A DNA stretch of 64,000 nt from Octopus sinensis (GCF_006345805.1 NC_043001.1:13454001-13518000); one strand, 5' to 3'; shown: positions 26,229 through 40,515, counted from the first letter of the stretch. Program-made: numbers and translations. The notes: a model not told the origin generated them from the sequence alone.

Positions 26229-26300
<72 letters not shown>

Positions 26301-26527
26301 GCGTGTTTGTGTGTCTGTGTTTGTCCTCCCAACGTCGCTTGACAACTGATGCTGGTGTGTTTACGACTCCATAACTTAGCGGTTCAGCAAAAAAAGAGAC
26401 CGTTAAAATAAGTACTAGGCTTACAACGAATAAGTCCTGGGGTCGATTTGATCGACTAAAGGCGGTGCTCCAGCATGGCCACGGTCACATGACTGAAACA
26501 AGTAAAAGAGTAAGAGAGTAAGAGAGA
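26112..26527 (+). mobile_element. SINE family A, 5'-truncated
   Basis: Starts at GGAAACTGAAAGAAGCC; long internal (TA)n; intact tail. Confidence 0.85.
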
Positions 26528-26845
26528 CCATACGGCGGTAAAAAGAAAGACGTTAACTGCGGAACAACATGTGTCATGTGTTCAGAAGATGTACAAGAAA
26601 GGAGAGATGAAAATTTGAGGTTATTTTGGAAACTAAACAATGTCTAAATTGTCAAAACAAGGAACTAAATGGAAAAGTATTTGGATGTTTCAAGTAAACA
26701 CGATGGAAGTAGAATGATGTACTGACATGAACTAAACGAGAGTCGGTTGTGCTAAAATGAATAGCGAGATATTTGAACATCGTCAATTTTTTAGCCGTTG
26801 CCTGACATTCTAAAAAGCAGTGGTAAAAGAAATAACGCTACGTAT

Positions 26846-27233
26846 GGATGGAAGCACTCCGTCGGTTACGACGACGATGGTTCCGGTTGATCCGAATCAA
26901 CGGAACAGCCTGCTCGTGAAATTAACGTGTAAGTGGCTGAGCACTCCACAGACACGTGTAACCTTAACGTAGTTCTCGGGGATATTCAGCGTGACACAGA
27001 GAGTGACAAGGCCGGCCCCTTGAAATACAGGTACAACAGAAGCAGGAAGTAAGAGTGAGAGAAAGTTGCGGTGAAAGAGTACAGCAGGGATCACCACCAT
27101 CCCCTGCCGGAGCCTCGTGGAGCTTTAGGTGTTTTCGCTCAATAAACACTCACAACGCCCGGTCTGGGAATCGAAACCGCGATCCTACAACCGCGAGTCC
27201 ACTGCCCTAACCACTGGGCCATTGCGCCTCCAC
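26846..27233 (-). mobile_element. SINE family C, full length
   Basis: 12-bp TSD AACGCTACGTAT at 26834-26845 and 27234-27245. Confidence 0.92.
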
Positions 27234-27333
27234 AACGCTACGTATAACGAGGGTAGATAAGAAAAAAATCCGATGGGATGTAGCAGTAGAAAATCAACAA
27301 CAAAGTTGTGAACGAGGTAGGTTATGTGGCGTC

Positions 27334-27566
27334 AGGGCGGCGAGCTGGCAGAAACGTTAGCAATGCGGGCAAAATGCTTTGAGGTATTTCGTCTACCGTA
27401 ACGTTTTGAGTTCAAAATTCCGCCGAGGTCGACTTTGATTTTCATCCTTTCGGGGTCGATTAAATAAGTACCAGTTACGCACTGGGGTAGATATAATCGA
27501 CTTAATCCGCTTGTCTGCCCTTGTTTGTCCTCTCTGTGTTTAGCCCCTTGTGGGTAGTAATGAAAT
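27334..27566 (+). mobile_element. SINE family B monomer
   Basis: Head plus one body; imperfect 18-bp TSD AGGTAG(G/A)TTA(T/A)GTGGCGT. Confidence 0.88.
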
Positions 27567-27893
27567 AGGTAGATTAAGTGGCGTGAAAGGGCATTGCTTT
27601 CTTTTCTCACGCATTTATGGATATGTAAATTGCGACGACTAATTTCAGAATACAACCTGAAGTCCTGCTCTTACACAGACTTAGGTTGGTTTTAAAAACC
27701 AAAATTATATATATAATTAGATTTTAATTGCATAGTTGAATAAGACTTATGCATTTAACATGATTCTTTGCCATTGAAATAATAACTATTTAGTACAACT
27801 GCTTTAATATGCCACTCTCAATTTTCAATTCCCCGTATATCTGATTTGCGTACGGCCAAGAATTTCAAGTCTTTATATATATATATATTTTTT

Positions 27894-28106
27894 TTTTACT
27901 TGTTTCAGTCATTTGACTGCGGCCATGCTGGAGCACCGCCTTTAGTCAAGCAAATCGACCCCGGGTCTTATTCTTTGTAAGCCCAGTACTTATTCTATCG
28001 GTGTCTTTTGCCGAACCGCTAAGTGACGGGGATGTAAACACACCAGCATCGGTTGTCAAGCAATGCTAGGGGGACAAACACATACACACAACACACACAT
28101 ACATAT

Positions 28107-28156
<50 letters not shown>

Positions 28157-28322
28157 TACGACAGGCTTCTTTCAGTTTCCGTCTACCAAATCCACTCACA
28201 AGGCTTTGGTCGGCCTGAGGCTATAGCAGAAGACACTTGCCCAAGGTGCCACGCAGTGGGACTGAACCCGGAACCATGTGGTTGGTAAGCAAGCTACTTA
28301 CCACACAGCCACTCCTGCGCCT
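27894..28322 (-). mobile_element. SINE family A, full length
   Basis: Matches family A consensus. Confidence 0.9.
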
Positions 28323-28579
28323 ATGGATATCTTCTTCAAATCATTTCTGTTTCTATTGCTTTCACGATTTGTAAGGATCAGACTTAAAATAAATAATTAC
28401 TGGGCTCGAGTTCTTCAGCTAAACATTTCGAGACAGTGTTCAAGCATGGCGTCAGTGCAATGCCTAAAACAAGTGAAAGGGAACAGAAGCAGACGCGAGC
28501 GTCGCCGGGTAAATAAGATGGATTCTTAGCAATCACCTGGTTTCAAGTACACTGCATGTGTACCAATGACTTGGGAAAT

Positions 28580-29388
28580 GTGTGTGAGTGTAAGAGAGAG
28601 AGAGAGAGAGAGAGTGTGTGTGTGTGTGTCTGTGAGTAAGTGAGTGAGAGAGAGAGAAAGTGACTGAGTGACTGACTGAGTGAGTGAAAGAGTGAGTGAG
28701 TGAGAGAGAGAGTGAGTGAGTGGGTTGATTGAGTGAGTGAGTGAGTGAGTAAGTGAGTGAGTGAGTGAGTGAGTGAGTGAGTGATTGAGTGAGTGAGTGA
28801 GTGAGTGAGTGAGTACGTGTGTGAGTGAGTGAGTGAGTGAGTGATTGAGTGAGTGAGTGAGTGAGTGAGTGAGTGAGTGACTGACTGACTGAGTGAGTGA
28901 GTGATTGAGTGAGTGATTGAGTGAGTAAGTGAGTGAGTGAGTGAGTGAGTGAGTAAGTGAGTGAGTGAGTGAGTGAGTGAGTGAGTAAGTGAGTGAGTGA
29001 GTGAGTGAGTGAGTGGGTGATTGATTGAGTGAGTGAGTGAGTGAGTGAGTAAGTGAGTGAGTGAGTGAGTGAGTGAGTGAGTGAGTGAGTGAGTGAGTGA
29101 GTGATTGAGTGAGTGAGTGAGTGATTGAGTGAGTGAGTGAGTGAGTGATTGAGTGAGTGAGTGAGTGATTGAGTGAGTGAGTGAGTACGTGTGTGAGTGA
29201 GTGAGAGAGAGAATGAGTGAGTGGGTGATTGAGTGAGTGAGTGAGTGAGTTAGTCAGTAAGTGAGTGAGTAAGTGAGTGATTGAGTGAGTGAGTGAGTGA
29301 GTGAGTGATTGAATGAGTGAGTGAGTGAGTGAGTGACTAACTGACTGACTGACTGAGTGAGTGACTGAGTGAGTGAGTGAGTGAGTGA
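28580..29388. repeat. (GAGT)n microsatellite
   Basis: Direct reading; explains the THSL ORF. Confidence 0.97.
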
Positions 29389-29680
29389 ATATTAGCGGGT
29401 CAACGTGCATGGCAACTAGTGTTTTGTTTTTGTTTCTGTAAACTATCAGTTCGAGAAAAAGAAATAATAGCAAAATGAGCTAACAAATAGTAAGGACTGG
29501 GATCGACGCTTCTGCTAAACCTTTGTAGTCAGGGGCCAATATTGACCGCTGTACATAGTTCAAACACTGGAAACAATAAAAGAATAACAAACTGTGGCAG
29601 ATAAAAGACAGAAAGCGATGATATCAAACTTAGAAATATTTAAACAATGAAACACAACTCAATCTATATGTCACGGTTTT

Positions 29681-29840
29681 ACGACGGGCTTCTTTCAGTT
29701 TCCGTCTACCAAATCCACTCACAAGGCTTTGGTCGGCCCGAGGCTATAGTAGAAGACGCTTGCCCAAGGAACCACGCAGTGGGACTGAACCTGGAACCAT
29801 GAGGTTGGTAAGCAAGCTACTCACCACACAGCCACTCCTA
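29681..29840 (-). mobile_element. SINE family A head fragment
   Basis: Matches family A head. Confidence 0.85.
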
Positions 29841-30545
29841 ACAACTTTCCTTCCAGAAACTGCTGGCCTTGTGCTCAAACTTACAGCCCACATTTCTAAG
29901 AACACGTTGCTAACGACAGTTGAAACATGGAGCGAAGATGTAGGCGTTGTCTTGTTATTTGTGGAACAGAAACTAGGTATTGATAATAATTTTTTTCTTC
30001 AATTTATGTCTTTTGTTACGAAAAACGTCTTTTGTTACCATAAATAGATTTGATGTTACAATTTTTTTTTCTCAGTATAGATAAATTTTCTTATAAAAGC
30101 GTAAACACTTTTAAAATTTCAAGATAATTTTTTTTTCTAGCTTTAAGGTATAATTATCTTAACAACAAACATTTTAACAATGTAGTACATATCTTCAACA
30201 ACAGAAAGTTTCACGTCAAATTATCGAATAAAATTAGACAAAATTAACAAACACACATTTAAAGGAAATTTCGTTTTATTTCACAATGTAATATGTCAGA
30301 TATTATTTGTCGTTTTCTAGTGACTAATTATATGCAAGAGAACAATGGTTGTTTATTTTCGTACTATAGTGTGAGACTGGCTAATACCATACGTATGAGA
30401 GGAGGAGAAGAATATCAGTGAGTTTGATATATCTGGGCAGACTTGGAACGGTGCAAGACTACACACACACATATATATATATCAAGGTATATCACACACA
30501 CATATTTCTGCTCATATGAACATACATATATATATAAATATGTAC

Positions 30546-30578
<33 letters not shown>

Positions 30579-30586
30579 ATATATAT

Positions 30587-30638
<52 letters not shown>

Positions 30639-30641
30639 CAC

Positions 30642-30729
<88 letters not shown>

Positions 30730-31278
30730 TATATGTGCATATAAATATATATATATATATATATATAATATATATATATTATATATATTCATATTTATAT
30801 GTGTGTGTATATATATGTATGTATGTATATGTATGTATATATATATGTATGTATGTATGTACGTATGTATGTACGTATGTATGTTCTATGTATGTATATA
30901 CAACATATGAATTACATAGTTATCGTTCGTTCACATTATCAGGCATCGGGATTCGAAGCACGATCGATATATGTAATAAACCCGCGATGCAGAGTAGGTT
31001 TATATCACCCCCTCGGAGTGTCTAGCTCGTGTGAATAGAAAGAATGTATAAAAACGTTCATTAACGAAATACCTAGCATTTGATAAGTCAACTGACCAAG
31101 AGAAAATTAACGAACAATTCGATTAGAATTTTTTTTTTTATTTCGAGGTGTGTTAATTGGTCTAATTTATGGCAATTCAAGTGACGTATTTCAAAGGTAA
31201 TAACAAAACAGTCAGGTAGCTTCCATAGAAACTACAGCAAATCAGATCGCTAAATAATATATATATATATATATATAA

Positions 31279-32049
31279 TTGATAGATTGCAGTTAATTCA
31301 TTCTCTCTTACCTGTTTGTGTCAACCTTCCAATTGCTGTTTTTACTGAGATCTCCCTTTTTAGTAGAAGAAATAGCTATAACCCTTTGACTGCTATTTCT
31401 AAATTCGGTATGTGGTAAGGCAATTCGTTGCTAAACCCTTATTGCTTAGTATTACTTAAATTTTCCTCGAATGAGGCTTTTACATGCCGAAGACTACTTG
31501 GTGTAATTGATAATTATTCCAAATTAATTAATTTCACCCTTCATTATTACGGATAACCATATTTTATCTCAGTAGATGACCACAGCATCTTGTTTTGGCT
31601 ACACGCGGGTGGGAAGGGGCTGTTGACACAATCGTTTCATTCACAAATTTGAATTCGGTGATACTAGTTGCGGATTCTAGCTCGCTCTGATACTGAGTTG
31701 AGTTGGTGCCTCCTAGTATCTCAAAATTCAATATATAATCATTTATGATTATAGTATTCTACGCTGAAGAGAAAAGAAGTTTCGGTAAGATAGAATTATT
31801 TAATATTTAATATTTAATTCTTATGCTTTCCTAAAACTTGATTTCGAAACGTACGTCCGTAGATAACTTTAAAAATGTTTGATAGATTGCAGTTAATTCA
31901 TTCTCTCTTACCTGTTTGTGTCAACCTTCCAATTGCTGTTTTTACTGAGATCTCCCTTTTTAGTAGAAGAAATAGCTATAACCCTTTGACTGCTATTTCT
32001 AAATTCGGTATGTGGTAAGGCAATTCGTTGCTAAACCCTTATTGCTTAG

Positions 32050-32052
<3 letters not shown>
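31279..32052 (+). mobile_element. 774-bp element with identical 174-bp terminal direct repeats (600-bp period) and one hammerhead; retrozyme/PLE-derived
   Basis: 31279-31452 = 31879-32052; (TA)n on both sides; HHR at 31759-31862. Confidence 0.85.
31759..31862 (+). ncRNA. Type I hammerhead ribozyme (predicted cleavage between 31857 and 31858)
   Basis: CUACG-CUGAAGA-GAAA...UUUC-GAAA-C GUAC GUC/CGUAG; long AU-rich stem II hairpin. Confidence 0.85.
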
Positions 32053-32089
<37 letters not shown>

Positions 32090-32095
32090 ACATAA

Positions 32096-32126
<31 letters not shown>

Positions 32127-32131
32127 TCTGT

Positions 32132-32380
32132 AGACGCGCGTGGCTTAGTGGTTAGGGAGTCTGCCTCGTGATCGTAAGATTGTGGTTTCGATTCCTGGAC
32201 CGGGCGACGCGTTGTGTTCTTGAACAAAACACTTCATTTCACGTTGCTCCAGTCCACTCAGCTGGCAAAAATGAGTAACGCTGCGATGGACTGGCGTCCC
32301 GTCCAGCTGGGGAACACATACGCCATAGAAACCGGGAAACCGAGCCCATGAGCCTGGCTAGGCTTTAAAAGGGCGCATTT
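32132..32380 (+). mobile_element. tRNA-derived SINE with CORE-like and V-domain-like segments and (ATT)n tail
   Basis: A/B-box-like head; TGTGTTCTTGAACAAAACAC; GCTGCGATGGACTGGCGTCCCGTCCAG; (ATT)n to 32522. Domain names are from recall, not an alignment. Confidence 0.75.
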
Positions 32381-32410
32381 ATTTTATTATTATTATTGTT
32401 GTTGTTGTTG

Positions 32411-32451
<41 letters not shown>

Positions 32452-32473
32452 ATAATAATAATTATTATTATTA

Positions 32474-32523
<50 letters not shown>

Positions 32524-33028
32524 TATGTTTGACTTTTGCTTTATGTCTGTACAAGTTGGCTCCAAGTCTCACCCAGAGACCTCAAGAGACAACAGGTTGG
32601 AAGTTCACGTTGTTGTTATGCCTAGTGTGCCATATATTTGGGGGTTTTTTTTTTGGTGTTGTACTAGTGAATGTCTAATACATAAATAAATAAAAAAAAC
32701 GCTGCTTGGAATCGAACTCAGAAACTTTGGGTTAGTAGCCCACGCTCTTAACCACTAGGTGAATTTTAGGGCATATAAATCTAATATTTTCCTATCCTTC
32801 CTTAATACCGGTTCCCATATGAAGGATAGGAAAATATTAGATTTATAAGCCCTAAAATTCACCCCATAATCGCCCACGGGAAGTGATTTCTCATCTCTTA
32901 AACATAGAACAGTAAATTGCCTGACTGGAATATTTGGGATATTATTGTTGAGAGCGTAGAACAATTTGGAAATTTACCTTTAACCTCAATTTCCTTGCAG
33001 CACACTAGTCGCAGTATATACAATCCTT

Positions 33029-33407
33029 TACTCTGTTACTTGTTTCAGTCAGTTGACTGCGGCCATGCTGGAGCACAACATTTAGTCGAGCAAATCGACC
33101 CCAGGACTTATTCTTTGTAAGCTTAGTACTTCTATAGGTCTATTTTGCCGAACCACTAAATTACAGGGACGTAAACACACCAGCATCGGTTGTCAAGTGA
33201 TTCGGGGGGTGACAAACACAGACACACAAACATATACACACACATATATTTATATATACACATATATATACGACGGGCTTCATTCAGTTTCCGTCTACCA
33301 AATCCACTCACAAGAAGACACTTGCCCAAGGTCTCACGAAGTGGGAATGAACCCGGAACCATGTAGTTGGTAAGCAAGCTACTTACCACACAGCTACTCC
33401 TGCACCT
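33029..33407 (-). mobile_element. SINE family A with internal deletions
   Basis: Matches family A. Confidence 0.88.
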
Positions 33408-33436
33408 ATAACTGAATTTTTATTTCTGATAATATT

Positions 33437-34212
33437 GGTTTCGTATGTTGGCGCAAATCCAGCAAATTAGGGGACAGAGGTTGTCGATTACAATGACTCC
33501 AGTGCTTAATTTACCATTGTTTATCAACACCGACAGGATGAAAGGCAAAGTTGACATCGGCAGAATATGAACTCAGGGGTTAATGACGAGCGAAATGCCG
33601 CCAACCACTTTTAAAATTTTTACTACCCACACGGGCTAAACACAGGGAGGACAAACAAGGACAGACAAACGGATTAAGTCGATTATATCTACCCCAGTGC
33701 GTAACTGGTACTTATTTAATCGACCCCGAAAGGATGAAATGCAAAGCCGACGTCGGCGGAATTTGAACTCAAAACGTAGCGACAGACGAAATACTTATTT
33801 CTTTACTACCCACAAGAGGCTAAACACAGAGAGGACAAACAATGATAGACAAACGGATTAAGTCGATTATATCGACCCCAGTGCGTAACTGGTATTTATT
33901 TAATTGACCCCGAAATGATGAAAGGCAAAGCCGACCTCGGCGGAATTTGAACTCAAAACGTAGCGACAGACGAAATACTTATTTCTTTACTACCCACAAG
34001 AGGCTAAACACAGAGAGGACAAACAATGATAGACAAACGGATTAAGTCGATTATATCGACCCCAGTGCGTAACTGGTATTTATTTAATCGACCCCGAAAT
34101 GATGAAAGGCAAAGTCGACCTCGGCGAAATTTGAACTCAGAACGTAGCGGCCGATGAAATACTGCTAAGCATTTCGCCCGGCGTGCTAACGTTTCTGCCA
34201 GCTGGCCGCCTT
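33437..34212 (-). mobile_element. SINE family B, four bodies (terminal one decayed)
   Basis: Bodies near 33437, 33620, 33796 and 33978; one head; the last two bodies are near-identical. Confidence 0.88.
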
Positions 34213-36690
34213 TTTTTTTTTTCTAGGATGATATTGCAGAGGATTTTGATTTGAATACGTCTTTAATCTATAGACCTTAATGCACACATAAATATTACAG
34301 AATACATATCTAAAGCAGTATAATTATGGATGTGTTTTGAAGGGTCTGGTTATAAGATTTCGAAAGCCTGTTGAAGCACTGCTATCGGTGGATATAGGGA
34401 AACCAACCTCATGACTGTTATTCCCTGAACAAAATATTTTAAATAGGATATATATTTGCATACGCTATTTCTGCGAAACTGAAATGGTTTAATTTCCGGC
34501 AGGCAGCTAAGCATCTAATCGGAGAAAGACATTCATGCTCCTTGAGGTAAGGAATTTCTCTGATATTTTTCTATTTATTTAGGCATTGGAGATTCCAAAA
34601 GCGTTTTTAACGAGGATTGGCATTCAATCTGCTGCGTAGATTTAGGTTATTGTGATAATCATCATATGAACTGTGAAACTTTGCACGTGATGTCGAGTTA
34701 CATTCAGTCAATACTGAAGATTTGATAAGAGACAGGCACCTAAGATTCTTTGATTTGAAAATGAATAGAAGATTTGAGATTGTGATAGGAAGAGATTTGC
34801 TTAGTGTTAGAAAATAAGTGAGTACCATTGGACACCTGGTCTTCTGACTAAAACCTCAACGGAAGATACTGGAATTTCTGAAAAACATAGTCAATGCAAC
34901 ATAAATATCACCATTAATATGAACAGTGTAGAAGTAGCTTGGCCGCAGTTACGATCGTAATCTTTCTCATTATACAGGTAACAGCTGGTTCCACTAATTA
35001 TAAAATATCTTCTTAGATACCAACTCTGAAGCAATATACTTGTGCGGCTTTATGTTGATAACATTAAATGAAGGAGGAATTACAACCATGTTTCGTGGTC
35101 TGCTACCACAACCGCTCCTTTATAGGATCCAGTTAGCTCAAGACATCATCAGGAGGAACCACGTCCGGTTTCGGCCCCTACTCCTCTACCGTTGTGACGT
35201 GGTGCCCCACCTCCACTTTCGGAGGTATCTTCAGCTCTAGTGTTGGGTGCATGTCTTCTTTCTTCTTCTTTCTTCTTTTCCCAAGCCTCTTCGGTGTAGC
35301 GTCAACGAGAGTCAGCCGGTGACTGACTGACTTGTCAAATTTTTTCCCTTTAAATAAGATAAATCTAGTTAGTTTCGTATCTTTATTTTTTGGTGATTTC
35401 ACCAAGTACAATGGAGCTATACACGTGATGCTAAATAAAGATTTTGAATATCGCTTGACAAAAGAACCCTAATTTGAGCAGATGATACTTAATCGATATT
35501 CGAAATAATAGGTTTAATTTGTGTTTTGCTTAATGTAAAATTAATACAAATAATTCTTTTAGTTTTCAATTTTGCTACCGTATTTAATTTCGAAATATGG
35601 AATCGGGTAAATAATTCACTAGGACAAATTTTTTTTTTCTGATAATGAATAAAAGAATAACTTACCCAATGGGAAAAAAAAAACATTCAGCTGATCCAGA
35701 ATGAAAGCAATAATTAGTTATTTACGAAACCATTCTCGTTAAGTTTTACAAAAAGAATTCTAATTATGTTCGAATTAATCAGATAAAATAAACAATTGAG
35801 TCATATAGAGGGATAAAAATATTAATAAACTACACCTGTGATCATAATTCCATATCATAATTCAATAGTTATAATTAAAATGCGATGAAGAGTAAATCAG
35901 AAAACTACTTGAAACGGGAAAAAGGCAAAAAGAGATTATCGAAAAATCCCATCCTATTTTCTTTTGTAAAGAATTAATTACTACTTTAGTTCTTGAAAGG
36001 AAAATCATTTTGATAACTTGCTGAATTAAAAGCATAATTATATGTTAATTTTTTTTTTTTTTTCAATTTTTCAACAGAATTTTTTCCTGGTTCTGATCAT
36101 TAAAACTGATAAAATTTCTAGTGCGGTTTCATAGGCTATATACCACTAATTTAATTATCAAATTTGCACACTTGTCTCACCATTTTGTACTCGAGTACAT
36201 CGAGTTGAACGTTTGCATTTTAGTAATTCACTCACATGGAAAAATAATTGATAAGGGACTCTATCAGATATTAACTTTAGCGAACGATGTAATGTACAGG
36301 AAATTTTCCCACCCGATTGATGATTATATATACTATACACCAATTCCCAAGAAGAAAAGAAGTATGATAATGCTTTGGAATGCAATAATAATCTTGAAAT
36401 ACAATGAGAAAGTATGACATTGTATTACCTATTCTTGACAATTCATCTATATCAAGGCAATCAATGGCGGATCCGTTTTTTTTTTTGTTGCTCTTTCAAA
36501 TATGTTTGGTGCGAAGATGCCTCAGTGTCCCAAATAATTTGGTCTAGCGTTCAATCCTCTTCACGAGGGGTATCACTGTAGAATCGTATTTATAGTTACC
36601 ATGTATGTATAAATATGTGTATATAGAACTTAAAGTCAACCTGGTATATATACCAAGTGTATATATATATATATATGTATGTGTGTGTAC

Positions 36691-36742
<52 letters not shown>

Positions 36743-36778
36743 CAGTGTGTGTGTTTGTATGTGTTTCTGTGACTGCGT

Positions 36779-36821
<43 letters not shown>

Positions 36822-36829
36822 GAAGCGAT

Positions 36830-37053
36830 CAAAAGCTTTTTTCCGGATCTTCCCTCATGATTTTGGGAACTTTTGGGAACACCTGCCAGTTCATGCGCTG
36901 TTTATCTCGATATGAGATCACCAAGTCGCGCACATATGCCTGTGATGGATGAGCCTGGTGTACCCTTATTAGTCGGGTAGTCATGATGGGTATACTGGGC
37001 TTCGTATATTTTACCCCAGTGTCACTTTGATGGCATGCGCTGCTCTCTCACTC

Positions 37054-37085
<32 letters not shown>

Positions 37086-37161
37086 TAACAATAATAATAA
37101 TAACAATAACAATACTAATAATAATAATAATTATTATTATCATTATTATTATTATTATTAT
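36830..37161 (+). mobile_element. Probable retroposon 3' end with (AAT)n tail
   Basis: GC-richer segment ending CTCTCTCACTC followed by (AAT)n; family not identified. Confidence 0.4.
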
Positions 37162-38302
37162 AATCCTTTCCACTGTAGGCACAATGCCTGAAATTTGGAT
37201 GAGATGTAAATCAATCGCATCGACACCATTACTTGACTGGTACTTAATTTATCGACCCCGAAATTTCTTGTATATGTGCAAGAAATAGTAACAGCCCAGG
37301 TAACAGCCATAATGATAGTGGTGGTTATGAAAACATGAACCTTATCTCTAATAGTGATGCAAGCCATTCCGATAACACCCGTATCTATTCTAATATAAAT
37401 GAAGATTATAAAGGTATAATAATAAAGATCACTATATAAATTTTCACCTTTGCAATGAAAGTGCTGTTGCTAATTAAAACATTCTCGCTGTATCTTGCTC
37501 ACCCCTGGATTATACGAGAAATTATAACGGATCTAACAATGATTATCACTCGTTGAATAACAGGAAATACTAAATCTAAATTCTGTAATTGTAAAAACGG
37601 ACTTTTGTTCCCTCTAAATAATTTATGCCGCACTAAAAATAGTATCTATAAATGTTACGTTATAACTAGTCTTTAAGTAATCATCATGAGGCTAAAGTCA
37701 CATCACTCGCGGAAAAAAACCTTAGTGATTTAAAAGTCAAAACATTTTGATTCCAAATTACCTGGCGCATGATAAAATATGCATTGCCCTATTCTAATGA
37801 TAAGTATATGTGAAAAGCTTTCTGCGCTGACGTATAGGGAATACTGAAATATTCATGTAGTGTTCTTAACAAGGCTAAAGAACTTAGAGACTTATGCTAT
37901 CTTTACATTAGAAACATATTTCAAAAATTCGAATACAAATACTTTTAACTTACTAGCGTCTACCTATCCAAACTTTGTAACGACGTTAATTTTACTCGTC
38001 TCACTTAAATATTATGGGAATATTTAAAGACTATTAAAGCGATATGCAATTATCTCATTCGACACCTGGTTACGATATTCTCATTACATTTGTCTACAAC
38101 CGCTATATTCAATAACTAGCAAAATATTGGATAATCTTGTGTATGATTTCTTAATACTCTGTCATCTGATATATCTTTCTCATATAATTTTAAATCCTAT
38201 TATATTTTATCTAAGTAAGTATATATAAATGTGTGTATATATGGAGACGTGAATACGTGCGTGTATACACGAAAATGCGCTTATATTTCTAAGTATATAT
38301 AT

Positions 38303-38442
38303 AACTCCTACCCTGATGTAATCTCCAGGGATACAGGCATCCAGCAACAGGACCTCTGTAATGCTATGATGGACCGTGAAGTCTGGCGTAACATAGTAAA
38401 TTCCATTGTCTCGACCACGGTCGAACAGTGATGATGATGATG
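38303..38442 (+). mobile_element. RTE-type LINE 3' end
   Basis: C-terminal peptide ...DLCNAMMDREVWRNIV...; hairpin TCGACC-AC-GGTCGA; (TGA)n tail. Confidence 0.75.
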
Positions 38443-40155
38443 GAGGTCCTCACTGCAGAGCAGAAAGTATAAAGACAAATATTACAAATAAACCAGTTTT
38501 TGATGAAGAGTTGGCAGCCTTCTGCAAAGGGAAGAAAAAATTCGTCTAAATGCAGGATAATTTACGATCAAATTTAAGAACACTTTTGAAGTTTTCTAGT
38601 TAGACGTAGAGAGATATGGAGACGTAGAAGTTGTTTATCAACTTAGATGAATGACTAATATCAATGAGGCACAGATTTTAAAACCCTTCCTACATCAGTA
38701 GCGTGAGGATTGCCAACTAGGTGTAGACTATTCTTCGAAAATGAGTTTATTGAATTCAAATATACAATACTGAAATGTATTGTTATTTATGAGATAAGAA
38801 CAGCCAGTTTGCTCCTAACAGACTCCTGTTAAAGCAATCGTTGATTATCCAATTGTAAAACCTTATGCATAATCATGTGTGTCGACATTCTCTGATAGTG
38901 TTTGCAAATTTCCTAAATAATTAACTGTTGCTAATTCTTTCTTTATATTTTATTAGAAACCATTGTGAATCATTGCACCTTATCTTACTAAAAACAAGGG
39001 AAAATAAACAGGAATTAAATTATTTATTCAGTTGCAATTTATCGGATGGTTATGATATCACATCTTTTATAAGGTGTCCATCATTTTTTTTTATTCCCTT
39101 ATTTTACTATCTTATATATTTGAAAACAAATGAAGATATTTGTCAGCTTGTTTCTCCTAATTTAATTATCCGCATTGTTACACATTAACGTTAAATGAAA
39201 AGATAAGAACACATTTAAACATTTTTCTGATTACATTATATTATGTCTCATAGATTTCGAATGTTACAATAGTCACAATGGAAAAGAAGTCTCTTTAATT
39301 AAGTATTGGTAGAAATAATTTCTGAGATTAAACTTAACTTATATTACAATATCCTTTGCTGTACATTGCTTGTAAAAAAAGAGAGAGTATAAAATTTGAT
39401 GACAATGCAGACGTATACAGTTAACATACATAACATGTACATCAAGCCAATTAGTTTCCAGAAACAATGTGATCATTGCATTTTATTGTGTTTGGCTTAG
39501 TTTCATATTCTATTTAATACAACGCTAAAGGAAACAAAGAAATGTTGTACATGAGAATTTAATATGGCCCGTGGCTATTGATCGCTATAGTATATTGTCA
39601 CCAATTGTGTGACACGGAAGATATATTTGGCAAAAGACCTGGCTTCCTGGAGGTAGATTTACATAGAAACAAAAGAAGCGATCAGCAGACATTGTAGTTC
39701 TTTAAATAGCGAATATATTTGCTTAAGCAACTCTATTGTTCAAATCGGATATATGATAAATTATTGCACGGAAAAAGTTCGTAAATATATAGAATTGCAA
39801 TTTCTGTGTATACTAATTTTGAAAAGGCATAATTTCATACTGAATTGAAAATCTCACTCAAAATTAGAATGCATAAGTTTATAAAAGGAGCAAGAGTCTT
39901 TGACATTATTACTCTTACAAATAGTTTTTAAAGCATCATGTGCTTCTTACTAAATTCATTCAAATTTATAACATGCGATTTTCCCTAAGGCTGGCCGCTA
40001 TTGTAATGTAAATTAAAGATGAATAATACGCAGTATTTGAAAATGTTATACGAGACAACCCAAAGAATTTGAAACAACTGCTTACGGTAAATAGGAAGCA
40101 TTTACTGGAATATATTACTGTAATAAAGTAAAACTAGTAGCCGCGCTAAATACAT

Positions 40156-40193
<38 letters not shown>

Positions 40194-40205
40194 GTATATG
40201 TATAT

Positions 40206-40515
40206 ATCACCGTGATCACCGTGACCGACCAGGCTATCAGATGTTGCTATACATCGCAGATCACAATGCACTTCGCATTGTTTTAGCCTTCGAATGACGC
40301 CACCCCCGCTGACTATGCGAGCAGGCCAACAGAAGAAAGAGTGAGAGAAAGTTGTGACCAAAAAGTACAGCAGGGAACGCCCCCCCTCCCCCTACTGCCG
40401 AAGCCTCGTTGAGATTTAGGTGTTTTCAGTCAATAAACACTCACAACACCCAGTATGGCAATCGAAACCGAGTTGCAGCGACCGCGAGTCTGCTGTCCTA
40501 ACCACTGGACCATTG
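40206..40515 (-). mobile_element. SINE with family C head/body and a different 3' tail (ends GGTCACGGTGATCACGGTGAT)
   Basis: Second copy at 42250-42546. Confidence 0.82.

Noticed and set aside
28526-29473. 315-aa THSL-repeat ORF
   Set aside because: Translation of (GAGT)n.
31465-31505. CGAAUGA-GGC...GCC-GAAG inside the 600-bp element
   Set aside because: Two core mismatches and no stem I or III.
35085-35165. Minus-strand CUGAUGA...GAAACAUGGUU
   Set aside because: Stem I does not pair and stem II is poor; may be a decayed PLE terminus but is not supportable as a ribozyme.
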